From NCBI GenBank assembly GCA_043228905.1, contig JBHGNT010000017.1:4154001-4218000 (forward strand): 64,000 nucleotides of DNA, in the 5' to 3' direction. The notes below the pieces were generated by a model that was not told the origin of the DNA, searched no databases, and saw nothing but the letters and a program-made list of their open reading frames with translations. The first letter of the stretch is position 1. Every line of letters starts with the position of its first letter. The stretch comes from Azolla caroliniana (lineage: Eukaryota; Plantae; Polypodiophyta). The position numbers and the translations under genes are program-made. Positions 1 through 12,551 of the stretch are shown here, one piece after another.

Positions 1-642
1 AACAAAAAGGGCTTCGCATAAAAAGAAGAGAGAAGGAAAAGGTGAAAAAATAAATAAATAATAAGAAATATACTAATCACTAACAGCGTTAAAGTTTAGG
101 AAGACGAATGAAAATAAAATTCTACTTAATCATGGGAAATTTTATTGTTTAGCAGAAAAAAGTCATTCTAAAAACGTACAAATCATGGGAAAAACTAGGT
201 ATTTGCAGATAAAGAAGAAACAATGATTCTATGGAACGAGAAATTAAGCTTTGGAAAGAAGAACAAAGAACAAATTAAACAATGATCTACGGAATGACAA
301 ACGCAGAAACAAGAACTAGAAACACATAAACAATACCGATCACGAAAAATTGAACCAATTCTGCAGCTTGGCATGGAGAAACAACAAAAAGAAATAGCCA
401 ATCCCATACAAATTTGAAGTTTTAAAATAACAAATGAGACATAATTAAGGTCTCCCAGAGAAATAAGAAGAACCTAAAACAAAACCCAATAATCATGTCA
501 TAGAGAACAAAAAAACATGCGATGGCAAAGCAAAGCATTAAGGTTTGGCAATGAAAGAAAATAACAAGAAGCATTGTGATAAACCGTAGAACAATGATTA
601 AGACTTTGAAAGATGGAAGAAGAGAAAAAGGGATGTGTGTAC

Positions 643-1166
643 CAATCATGGCCGAGGACGAAAAGCGCCCAAAACATGGTGCCTTGGGCGAACCAATAAA
701 GGGGCCATACGAGCCAATTGTCGAGAAAGGCTGCTCCAGCGGCAAGGCAGGCCACCACTACCACATCTCTGATAACATAGCCCACTGATCTCCATGGATC
801 CTTCACCCAACAATGTTTGGGGATGGCTGCGCGGATGTCCGCCAGAGTGAAAGGGGGCGGAGCCGCAGGGTCAAAGACCTGTTCTGTGGTTTCTCCAGGG
901 GGAGGAGGAAGAGGAGACACCATGGTGGCGGCATTACCTGAAGCCATGCTTACGCAGCGGAAAACATGCGGATTGTTGGTATTGCAATGGAGATTGTGAC
1001 GAAGAGAACGAGTTGTCGTGGTCAGTCTCATCGTCGCGGTGCCGCAGCTGCGCCGGAGTGCATTCTTCACCTGGCTCGAAGCCGAAGCTTCAGTGGAGCA
1101 GAGGGGAGGAGGACAAGAAGAAGAAGAAGAAGAAGAGCAAGGAACAATGAGTGAGGATATCTCCAT
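643..1166 (-). CDS. FAD7: Exon 1 of a plastid-type omega-3 fatty acid desaturase (FAD7/FAD8-like); remaining exons lie outside the window
   Basis: Ser-rich transit-peptide-like N-terminus followed by [30 protein letters not shown] and [24 protein letters not shown] donor at 642-641 falls inside the first His box (GHDC), the usual omega-3 FAD intron position. Confidence 0.9.
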
Positions 1167-3548
1167 GGCTAGGCAAGAATTGCAGCAAAAACAGGGGCTC
1201 GATGTCAAGCCCCTTCCTTCTGTAATGTTGTTACCAGCTCAGCCTTCTCTCTGTATCTGCCTCTGCCTCTGCCTCTGCTTCTGGAAGTCTCACTTTCTGT
1301 GTGTGTTTGTGTGGGTGTGGGTGTGGTCTTATCCATCATCAGTCATCAGTCATTAGTCATCATCCCCATCCACACACATACCATCTCCATTCCATGCTTC
1401 AAATTTTCTCTGTGTGTTTGTGCTTGTGCTTCTTATATGAATGATTGTGTATACATACATTATACATATATGAATGGTACTGGTATATCAAGTCTCTCAG
1501 GCAGGCCATGATTTACATACATACAAACCTCATATTCTCGGGTTCGGATTCCAGTTCTCGTCAATCTTATCGTGTGCTCATTATTTTATGTTGGTTCTTT
1601 CCGGCACGTTCCACCTACCTATACCCACAGGGCTTTCGAGAAACCATAATGTCATTTGCCCCAACGAGCTCAAAGAGATGTGGCGCTCCACACTACCTAA
1701 TTTGGTGGTACCCTATTATGAAAATGACATTCATCGTTATTACAACATAAGGTGAAAACCATGTTATGAACTTTGAAGGAGGAGACGTGCACACATATGA
1801 ATTATAGATGGTGCGATTACAAACCATGGTCGATCGGATAATTGTCCACTAGCTATATGAACCTGTCTTGGACCTAATAGACTCCTTGAGTACGGTTAAC
1901 ATATGTACATTCACGTTAGCTACTCCCCCATTATAAAACTCACCCACTATAATAGTTCCATAATTACAATGCAAAACAAACAAGAGTGTGACTAAGAGTT
2001 GTGTAATCCCAAATAGCATCATCATCAATATGCTCTTTCAAATGGTTGAAGTTTGTGTGCATAAGAAGGTCAATTTGCATTTGTTTTCACATAGTTTGTG
2101 CCTAAATCCTCATGGGGAAACCACATTCTCCCAAAGGTAAGAGTTTCTCGAGGCAACAAACATAATAGAAGAAATGAACACAAATATAGCAATAATTTGA
2201 GTGAATTAATTTTTTCTTCAACATGACTAAGATTACACAATCGTAAAGTTAAAATCGACCATTAGTAATATCTATGAGTTTTGAGGAACTAGAATCGGGA
2301 GAAAAATGTAATGGTGTTCGTTGTAGAAGCATTCAATCCATATATTCTCTTCATTATTTACAAAACGACCATGTTATGGATTTCAATACAAAATATATCA
2401 AGAAAGTGTTTTGCATCTTCTCCTATCTCATCCAATGCGGTTCACATGGGAGAGTTTTATAACTCTCCATCGTGGTCAATTTGGTCATATTTATCCGAGA
2501 GAGAGTTGCAAGTCTAGGGCTTTTTTGGTGACAACAATCGATGAATTATATATTATATGCTGACTCAAGGTAGAACATCAACAACAAAGCAATGTAATGT
2601 TTCTCTTTTCTTGACACTCCCATCCATCCAAGCTCTAAGGTGATAATGTGGTCACTCATGGTAGAGGGACGACAACAAAGCAATATAATATTTCTCCTTT
2701 CTTGGGACTATCCTTCATCAAACCATTAAGGTGAGAATGTCAAACCCAAAACCCTGTAGTGCCATTTCAAACTTGCTTGGTGTTGCTTAATCAATTCTCC
2801 ATGTTGGAGCACTTTGATAGTACGCATCATTACAAACAGTTCTATATCTTCTCTGCCCAATACTAGCATATCAAATTCTATTCCATTTGAAAGCTTGAGT
2901 TATCCCATATGATACCAAAACATGTGTAATTGTATGTCAATCCTATACATTACTTTTTCAAGCACATTGTTTTTTGACAAATGCATATCCAACAAGCTTC
3001 CAAGTCTCTTCCTTTGGTCTATCCATGTCCAACTTGTGTGACCCATGCCTAGATTAACTTGTATATGTGCACAAACTATTGTGCTTCTTTCTTGGTTGCA
3101 CCACATATTGACATTCATTCATCACATCACTTTGATATCTGTGCATCAATATTTACGCCATTGTGTGTCCACATCTTAGCATTTCCTCTTTATCAGGTTG
3201 GTTTTGCAACTCCTAAACACGATCACATTGCATTCCACTTTAAGATATGGTATAAAACACTCTACCATATGAATTATCAATATCCAGTTTCCATGCCAAA
3301 CATCAAACCAATCTAATTCATCAACAAAAGAGCATTAAGAGTGAGACACTTGGTAAAAACTAAGGAGAAACAGTATCAATGTTTATTCTGAGACAAGCAA
3401 ATGATGACATGTGTATGTATGTACACCAAAAAAAGTATACATAAAAAAAAACCATTGACTAATTACTGTCTTTATGGGAAGAGTCGAACTTACCCAATGA
3501 TCATTGAAAACAAATATAGGATACCTCAACTACAGCATTGTTTGCACA

Positions 3549-5075
3549 CTATACTGACCTTGATCTAGAATGCCAAAACAAAACAAGGAGTCCAACTATG
3601 ACAATGGTGCTTCCAGAGATAACAAGTGTTGATGGAAAACCAACTCCTCCTCTTTTTGATCCATCTGAAATAACAGAAAGCTCTTGTATTTTCGTCTTCA
3701 ACCCTTTTTCTTTGTTTGCCAAAGCCATGGCCTTCTCCTTGGCCTCCTCAAGAAACCCCTCTAATTTCTTAATATCTTCCTTGATTCTAATAAGCCTTTG
3801 TGTTTCCTCCTCATTCTGACCACCGCATCTTAACTTAAGCACTGCATTATGTAGATCTGCATTTGCAGTTTCTAGCCTTGCTTTCTGCTCGAAAAGCTCA
3901 GAAATTCGGCTTTCAAGTTCATGCATATGATGCTCTTGATCTACTCTTTCCTCATTCTCTTGCGCATCCTCTAAGTGGTCTCCATTGACCTTCAATGTAG
4001 CCTCACCAGTGCTTCTCACAGAATCATATGTATGGTGCTCTGAACCCACTATGGTCATAGCTTGACACACTTGACCTTCATCTTCGTCTTCAAGGCTGTT
4101 TTGACCTCTTTGTTGTTGTTCCTCTTCTTCAATGCTCACTTGCCCTCTTTGTTCTTCTCCTTGTCCTCCACATTTTTCTTCTTCAAGGTTGACTTGACCT
4201 CTTTGTGTTTGTTCTTCTTCTTCTTTTACAAGGCTGACTTCACCTCTTTGTGTTTCTTCTTCGTCTTCTTCAAGGCTGACTGGAACCTTTTGGATTTCTT
4301 TTTCTTCTTCTTCTTGGAACATTTCGTCTTTTTCTTTGCTTCTTAAATCCACAGTGACCATGATTTGACCTTCTTGTTCTTGTTCTCTTTCAGGACTTTC
4401 AAAATTCTCCGTGGACATGGCTTGAACGTGATCCTCTTCAAGGCTTTCTAGATTCCCCATGGCCCTGGCTTGATCTTCTTTTCTGTGGGCATCAAGTTTG
4501 GTTTCTAGATCCACCATGGCAAGGGCTTGACCTTCTAAATCCATCACGTCCATAACGAGACTTTCTTCTTCGCCAGTTCCTTCTCCTTCTGCTTCTTCTT
4601 CTTCTAAGGACTCCGATGTATCATGGAATCCATCCAATGTCTTCGTTTCACTATCCGCCCAAGCTGAAGAAGCTTCAGCATCAGAAACATTTTTCTCCCC
4701 CAGTACCCCCGCTCTTCCTTCATTTCTCATTTCATTCAAAAGATCTTCTTCCTCAACTTTCAACTGTTCTGCGTCGAAACACAGAGAATACAGCCTCGTC
4801 TCGACAGCGATCTGTTTCTCATTCAGAACATTCTCGTGGAAACCTACACTTCCGTTCGAATCATCGTTGGCAGAGGAAGGCCTGTTCTGATCAGAATCCA
4901 TACCTTCTTCTTCCGTTACGCGTACACCGCCAATCTGCTGCTTGAGAGAGACGATCTCCTCCTGGACCTTGTGCCGAGCTTCTCGCAATGAGTTCAGCTG
5001 GGGGGTCAGGTTTGGTGGGGCTCCATGGTCAGGGGCTTCCTCTGCGGGCGATGGCGGGAGGGGAGGAGGATACAT
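3549..5075 (-). CDS. Intronless acidic coiled-coil protein with a C-terminal transmembrane anchor (tail-anchored, PMD1/PMD2-like architecture)
   Basis: 508-aa ORF. Glu/Gln-rich middle, heptad coiled coil (ELESRISELFEQKARLE...IKKLEGFLEEAKEK), and terminal hydrophobic helix LVISGSTIVIVGLLVLFW followed by basic HSRSRSV. Confidence 0.7.
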   Translation of the reverse strand: MYPPPLPPSPAEEAPDHGAPPNLTPQLNSLREARHKVQEEIVSLKQQIGGVRVTEEEGMDSDQNRPSSANDDSNGSVGFHENVLNEKQIAVETRLYSLCFDAEQLKVEEEDLLNEMRNEGRAGVLGEKNVSDAEASSAWADSETKTLDGFHDTSESLEEEEAEGEGTGEEESLVMDVMDLEGQALAMVDLETKLDAHRKEDQARAMGNLESLEEDHVQAMSTENFESPEREQEQEGQIMVTVDLRSKEKDEMFQEEEEKEIQKVPVSLEEDEEETQRGEVSLVKEEEEQTQRGQVNLEEEKCGGQGEEQRGQVSIEEEEQQQRGQNSLEDEDEGQVCQAMTIVGSEHHTYDSVRSTGEATLKVNGDHLEDAQENEERVDQEHHMHELESRISELFEQKARLETANADLHNAVLKLRCGGQNEEETQRLIRIKEDIKKLEGFLEEAKEKAMALANKEKGLKTKIQELSVISDGSKRGGVGFPSTLVISGSTIVIVGLLVLFWHSRSRSV

Positions 5076-5459
5076 GGTCTGAGAGGAAGCGCAGGAGGAA
5101 GATGAAGAAGAAGAAGAAGAAGTTCTCTCTGTTTAAATGACGATGACGACGGCGACGACACGATGACGATGACGATGACGGTGACGGTGACAGTGACGGT
5201 GACGGCGATGATGACGGCGACGGTTGACACGAGAAGCTTGCCATCAAATTTTCTGTTTTGTCCACCTAGTTACTTGAACACACACACGCACATATGGATG
5301 CATGCATTGACATGATCAGGCATGATAGGTTTCCTTTAGTGGGGTTGGGGTTGGTTCTCAGGTAAACTCCAATCGGTCAAATACATATGCATTCCTCTTT
5401 GTTTTGTTCTGTACAATACATTCGTGAGCATCGGTCTTTTCTTTTCCGTTTCCGTGCAC

Positions 5460-6275
5460 GTATGGACCGAATGGCACACTCTTCCCTCTCGGCTCGAATT
5501 ATGCCCAGCATGTTATGTTGATGCATGAGAGGATGATCGATCAGATGCGTGGTGTATCAACAATTTGGCCTTCACCTCCTCTATTTTCAGATGGACTTTG
5601 GCAAGTCTCAATGGCGCACACCCTTCCCTCTCGATTCGAATTACATCTGCCTTTGTTATGTTGATGCATGAGAGGGTGATCAGGACGATTCGTGATGTAT
5701 TGACAGTCTCCCTTCACCTCTTCCGTTTTCAAATGAACTTTGGCTGTCTGAATGGCACACCCTTCCCTCTCAATTTGAATTACATCTGGCTTGTTATGTT
5801 GATGCATGAGAGGATGATCAGGAAGATGCATGGTATATTGACAGTCTCCTTCACCTCCTTTGTTTTCAGATGGACTTTGGCAGTCTAAATGGCACACCCT
5901 TCCCTCTTGAGTAGAAATATGTGTCATGAGAGGATGATAAGGAAAATGTGTGGTGTATTGATGGTCTCCCTTCCCTTCGCCCCTCTGTTTTCAGATGGAC
6001 TTTGGCAGTTTGAATGCGCACACTTCCCTCTCAAGTAGAATTATGTACGACTTGTATATTGATGCATGCGAGGATGATAAGGAAGATGTGCGGTGTATTG
6101 ACAGACTCCCATCACCTCCTTCGTTTTCATATGGACTTTGGCGGTTTGAATGCACGCTCTTCCTTGTTGATTAGAATTATATACGACATGTTATCTTTGC
6201 ACATGAGAAGATGATAAGTAAGATGTGTGGTGTATTTACAGTCTCTGTTCGCCTCCTTCATTTTCAAATGGACAC
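5460..6275. repeat. Tandem repeat, about 138-bp unit, about 6 diverged copies
   Basis: ATGCATGAGAGGATGAT...GGTGTATTGACAGTCTC...TTTTCAGATGGACTTTGGCAG recurs near 5521, 5664, 5802, 5926, 6062 and 6201. Confidence 0.85.
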
Positions 6276-6499
6276 TGGCATTGCTAAGGACATGAAGAGA
6301 AGTTGCCGCTTATGTCTTCTCGTCCAACCATAAATCTAACATTTCAAAATATCCATTAAAACTATATTTTCCTTGTTTACGAACCTCCAACTTTATGTAT
6401 GTGGGTTTCACTCGAAATAAGCTATCTACGTGGAAGACATACCACTTTCTATCGTGATTGGTTAGTTGGGGTGAAGAGAGAGATTTTGTATCATCTTTA

Positions 6500-7600
6500 G
6501 AGAGAAATATGACTTATGAGACAAAAAATATAACATTTACACGTAATACACGTGAAAGTCAATAACATTTCTTAATGTTCAAAAGTACTTTGCTAATAAA
6601 TATTGCAATTGAGAATGCACACTATGAATTTGAAAGTCATTCATGCAAGGATTTGGTTTGGACAAAGATGTGTGGAATGCATAAAAGTGGAGCGTTGTAT
6701 CAAAGTGTGATGATCAAAGGTAGAGCATTGTATCAATTTGCGATTAACTCCCAAACTTGTTTATGACAAAATATGCATACTCGACTATTCTCATCACTTG
6801 TGCCCTAACGCCCCATCTTACATTGTAGTGTGTTAATTAAGTCGCACAAAAGCAATGGTTCAAATGGTATGGTGGTCATGATCTCAATGGGAAGTAATTC
6901 CATCCCAACAAGTATGAGTGTGTATGACATTTGTTTATTGGCTTTGAGAACTTTTGAAATAATTTTTTTTTGGACATTTTCAAAATTTTCCCAAGTGAAC
7001 TTAGGGATGCATCTGTCCCATAAAGAAGCACTAAGTGTCACCAAAGTGTCAAAAATGCATTTTTTGAGGATCAATCACTTAATTCCTCGATGACTACATG
7101 TATTCTCCAATGCATAATATGCTCTCTTTCCCACCTCTAGGCTAGCGGGTACCTTATGTGATAACCATTGAAGAGGGCCAATCATGGTGCAATCACTTGT
7201 TTAAACTAAGTATGACCATGTAAATGAATGTCAATCAACCCATGATTTCTCTTTGGTTTGTATAGGCAAAGGACCTTGCAACAATAATATCCTCTATAGT
7301 GTTTCCAAAAACCCCATAAATGGACATGATGCGTAAATAATGTTGCACCTAGACAAAGTTCCAATATTAAGTTTAAGCATGAACTTCACCTCACACCTCT
7401 TTGATCCCCAAATGAAAGAAGAGGCTAAGTTGATTGCAATATCTCCGTTTAGTGGCAACATAATGATTGAGAAAAACATGGGTAACTCCTTTTGTACGAG
7501 GAACTATAATCTTCTCTACTACATGATGGTGTCCATACAAATAAAGGGAGTGCTTTAATGCCATGTCATAACCAAGTTTCAAGCACATGAAGAACATTGA
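6500..7600 (-). mobile_element. Degenerate non-LTR retrotransposon (RTE/RTEX-like) fragment
   Basis: Similar to the copies at 14000-14870 and 50775-51200 (CTCATCACTTGTGCCC...AAGTCGCA...AAGCAATGG; CACCAAAGTGTC). Confidence 0.6.
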
Positions 7601-8204
7601 ATTGTAAGTGGAATGCTAACTCTTTGTAATTACCAACACGGCGATCCCTTCATCATCATCATCCCATGTGCTACACTCTTGTTCTCAATTAAATTTGGAC
7701 AATAGATATCCACGGTTGTGAATGTGAACGCATGTGTGTCGTGTAAATTGTAATAACGAAAATATATTGTCATGGGTTGAAGCAAATAAATAGACTGAAT
7801 TGGAATAGAGATATGTAAGACGACAAGGTTCAAATAAGAAAATAAGAAAGTAAGAAAATAAGGATTTTATATTACAAACAAGAAGACAATACATATTTAC
7901 AATGATGCACAAAATATTAGAGTTGAACCAACATGGACAATGTTTACGAGGATGCATAAAATACTAGAGTTCAACCAACGAGGACAATGTTTACAAGGAT
8001 GCACAAAATACTAGAGTTCAACCAACATGGACATTATTATAAAGACAATGTCTTCTCCACATTTAATACATCGTCGTGCTATGCATATTTTGTACTTTGT
8101 GGTCATGCATGTGTGCCATCATCATGCATGGCAAGGAGTGTCGTGGTAACTAAAGCATGAAATGTTACAATACATGAAACTATGAAATATTATGTATTAA
8201 TTAA

Positions 8205-8357
8205 TGGAAATTGGTAAATTCACAGTTTTTTTCGTATTTTCACAGTTTTTTTTTTAGTTCAGAAACATGATTATTTGCACTATAAATGATAGCCAAATTC
8301 CATCCCCCCCAAAAAACTGTGAAAATACGGAAAAAACTGTGAATTTACCAATTTCCA
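8205..8357. mobile_element. MITE-like element with terminal inverted repeats, copy 1
   Basis: Ends are TGGAAATTGGTAAATTCACAGTTTTTT and AAAAAACTGTGAATTTACCAATTTCCA. Confidence 0.75.
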
Positions 8358-8428
8358 TATTTTTATTTTTTATATTGGCCATCGATTTTTTGATAGCTCA
8401 AACTAGTTTTATTACCATCTATTAATTA

Positions 8429-8560
8429 AGGAAATTGGTAAATTCACAGTTTTTTGGGGGGGATGGAATCTGGCTATCATTTGTAGTGCAAATAATCCTA
8501 TTTCTGAACTAAAAAAAAACTATGAAAATACGGAAAAAACTGTGAATTTACCAATTTCCT
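8429..8560. mobile_element. MITE-like element, copy 2, inverted relative to copy 1
   Basis: Same TIRs (AGGAAATTGGTAAATTCACAG...CTGTGAATTTACCAATTTCCT). The internal part is the reverse complement of copy 1. Confidence 0.75.
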
Positions 8561-8749
8561 ATATATATATATATATATATATCTAATGATTTGTTCATAT
8601 TAACATAATGAGTTCCTTCATATCATGTGAATGGTTGTTGATTGCTTTGGTTACATGTATGCCCATGAGGCTAGCATATTCTTCATTGCAATTCATATCT
8701 ATATTTCTTGTGGTCCATACCAATGAAGATAGATAATTAGTCTCAAGGA

Positions 8750-11700
8750 ATCCATTTGGTGATGGGTTCAAGCAATCCGCAAATGATGCATTTCACTTTT
8801 TCTACTTCTAGCAACATATGTGGAAGCCTATGATTTACATTGAATACAATCATTATTCCCTTTGCATATAAAAGGTTGGTTGCATCCTAATAACCAAAGG
8901 TATGAAGGGAGGTGGTCTTTGATGTACACATGTGCTCCAACATGCGCGTGTTCACACATCATGTGTATGGTTCGAGGTTGTTATCTGAACATACCCCATC
9001 AAGCTCAATTATGTTGTATCATCATTTTAGTCAAGGACCAATGTTCACCATCCTTCTATTGACACGGTCATGGGAGATTGGAGTTACTTCGCATACTACT
9101 ACGATCAAGCATCTATTCATGATGTAAATCGGGACATCATTTCCACCCAACATGATTGTGGTGTGTTATTTTTATTGATCAAGGCATGGGCCACTTCTTG
9201 TGATGTGATGCTTGCTTTTCTCCTCTATTCCATTTTGCTGCATCATTTATTGACAAGTGAAATTTTCACATACCCTCGCTCATTGAAGGTATGTTGTGAA
9301 TTCATTAGAAAGTATTCTCCGCCTTGGTCGAATCAAAGACATTGAATCTTCCAATTGTATCTTTCTCCACAAGATTTTTGAACTTTTAAAGTGAACAAAA
9401 ACTTCACTATTGGCACTCGTCAAGGAGATCCATGTGCCAGAAGAGTGGTCATTGATGAAGGTAACATAGTACCTACATCTCCCAAGTGTTGTGGTTTGTG
9501 CAAGCCCTTCTACATACAAATGGATGAAGTCTATGAGTTCCCTACTCTCATTCAAATAAATTGGAATGTGTGTATGCATTGCTTCCTAATTTAGCATGCT
9601 TTACCTATGTTGCTCAACCCATGCCCTTGAAGTTTGAAATTAGCCCACACATAACTTGTCTTGTTTTATCATCCAAAACTTTGGCATCTTCGTGTGTTTG
9701 ATTTGTTTTCACCATCTTAGACATTGGACATGCCTTTTGCCCATTGACAAAAAACACAAATTTCACCATATTGTCATCAACAATGAACATTCTCTCTTCT
9801 CTTCTCTTGTGAGTGACTAGTTGGCCCTTGTCCCTCAAGTATATTTGATGAAGCATCCATGACTGTGGGATTGGGCTTGGATGCATGGCTCCGCAATTAC
9901 TTTGGATGATTCTAAGTTATTTGCAAGAGTGGCAACATACAAGACTTTCTTAATGCAATTTTGATGTCTTATATCATTTTGAACAAGGCATATTTGATAT
10001 GGCAAACCATGTGTGTGGTGTAATCACCCACCTTCACATAGTTGGATCACATGTGTGTCTACAAGTTGTGAAACTAACCAATGTCATGTGGTTGTATGTG
10101 CCCAAGTAGACAAACCATGCATTACCCACTTCCGCTAGTTCTTGTTGACATTCAAAATTGCCTTATGGATTATATCATAATCATCTTGCATCATGTCCAT
10201 TGTGGTTGATGTTGGTGGCTTAGTTGTGTGAGTTGCCAAATATTGGCGGCATCACTCTTTTTCTCATGACAATCCATCTCAACATGGTGGGGCTTCCCAC
10301 AATACCAACGTTATGCTTTGTTTGGTAGGGTTGCTTCACCAAATCATATACATCTCCCCTTTGCACAACATTGCTATATATATATATATATATGGATAAT
10401 TATAAATAATAAAAAGTGAAGTTACATGCTTAAATAATTTACTTACAATCACAAGGAAGAAAGAGAACTCGCAAATTGAAATCACTCATTGATTATTAAA
10501 AAAAAAAAGGTTCGGGTTCATTCATGCATGTTTGTGTATCTAGATCAACATCACATTTTGTCTCTCAATCACCACTTATAGATAGAGGCCCCATGCATGC
10601 TTGCACAAAGTGCACAAACACTTCATAGCTACTACCCAATCTTCTTCCTCTTCCATGGTTGCGATCATTGTCTAAGTGTGCGTAGAGAATTTAACTTTCA
10701 AAGGTTGAGCTCTCATGTCAACATTATTTTCTTCTACCAACAACATTGATTGGAAACAAAAAAATGATGACAAATTTTCTTTGATGAAAGTGAATGTCAA
10801 TGTTTTGAATCATTGTGTGAAGTTGGTTACAATTGTCTCCACCATCTCTTCTTCGTACACATCCACACTTCGATGGAGACAAGGCCATCACACGAAGACT
10901 AAATTTGAGGGTGTAAATCATTGATGGATGTACCCTTGATGTGTATAGCACGATCAAATTGCTTGTTTCCTTCAAATTACAATGGTTCAATCGAGTTGTT
11001 TCCCTTGGGAACGAGGTTTGACATTGGCAAAGTTCCTCGTAAGAATAGTTATATATTATGTGTGTGTGTGTGTGTGGGCATGTGAAGAGTGTACACCTTG
11101 CCCTTGGTTTGTTCAAACTTTTGTTTGTGATTAATGTATTGAAACTTATCTCATAGTTGAAATTATATAAGTGATCATGTTTGCGGTGAAGATCTTCTTT
11201 AGTTTTTCCCATCCTTTCTTTGTTGTCTTTGCGTCTCAGATGTAGCTAGGCATACGGGTGTGCATGCATGTTGTTAGACCATACATGATGCAACTTGCAC
11301 CTTCTTGCCATCTTGCATTCTTCACATGTGCCTTTGTCTGAGTATGGGGGTAGAATCTCCTTTAATATATTGTTCATGTATCATTTGATACTTCCAACTT
11401 GGGAAGTTGGTTTAATTAACCATCTCAATGTTCATTTGGGAGAGAACTACCCATTTGTGCATTCATATGGTTGGTGGAGGTTTTCTTCTCACTATCATAT
11501 TCCTTCAATCTTCACAAACACTCAAAATGTGGTGGAGCTCCTCCTCACACGAGCGATATAACAACACTACACGTTGATGTGTATGAGTTTGGTGCTCTTT
11601 GAACAAAGTTGTCAAGAAAAAGAAGCGTAGAAAGCAACGAACAACCCTCATGATATGATATCATGCAAAGAACTTGAGAATGTAAATCTACGGAGGATCA
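8750..11700 (-). mobile_element. Highly degenerate Ty1/Copia remnant (gag to integrase)
   Basis: Integrase-like GRCRYYVTFINDHSSGTW...SEVFVHFK and a DQGGEY-SNEF-like segment at 9290-9500. A gag-like NFPSWKYQM remnant lies near 11380-11410. Many stops; boundaries approximate. Confidence 0.65.
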
Positions 11701-12551
11701 TGTGTGTATAGATGGATAGCAAAACGGATTAAATCGGAAATGTGTTATATCTTGCTAGGATCCACAAATCTGCAAAGTAAGTCTGTATGTATGTTTTGCT
11801 CTTGTTTTGCAGGAGAACTATTAAAACTTGTCCAAAGAGAAGGATTTTGATTGATTTGAGCACAAGACCTTTATAAAAGCAATCCTGTTTTGCTTTTATA
11901 GCTTTTAAAAAGAGAGAGCCTATTTTAGTTTTATAGCTATAAAAGCAATCCTATTTTGGCAACTACTAAATTTGGTAAGTACTCAGTCCTCTTCCTCCTC
12001 CTGCTGTCCTCCTGTGCAGAGATAAGTTCGCTTTCCCTCCTTTCCTTGCAATGCCAGGAAAGCATCCGTCTTCGCTGAAATGCAAGCAAAGCAGGAGATC
12101 AAAAGATGCGATGGAGCAGAAGAGGAAACAGAAGGAGAAAAGGAGATCGCATTTCTATTTCTATCCTGCAGATCCTCGCCTTTCGATTTCATGATTTATG
12201 CAGAGAAGAAAAGAAACAGAACCTTTAGGAAGACAAGACAGAAGAAAGAAACCTTGCTTACCTGATGTGATCTCCATTTCCTATATATATCTCCTTTCCT
12301 TTCCCTTCACTTGTAAAAGCTACCTCATTTGGCCTCTCCTTTGTAAAGCAAGCGACCTAACTTCCAATTTTCTTTGTATATCTCATCTTTGGGAACTGAT
12401 CCCCCCCGTTCTTTCTTCAAACACCTCCATTTCTCTGCTAGAAATGAAACGGAAGGAAGTGAAATGAAATATGAAATGCGATATTAATCATCTTCATCAT
12501 TATCTGGTTCCATGGCAAATAAAAGTTTCTAATTTATTGAGACAAGGATCA

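Noticed and set aside
5541-5927. 128-aa ORF with internal repeats
   Set aside because: Translation of the 138-bp tandem repeat.
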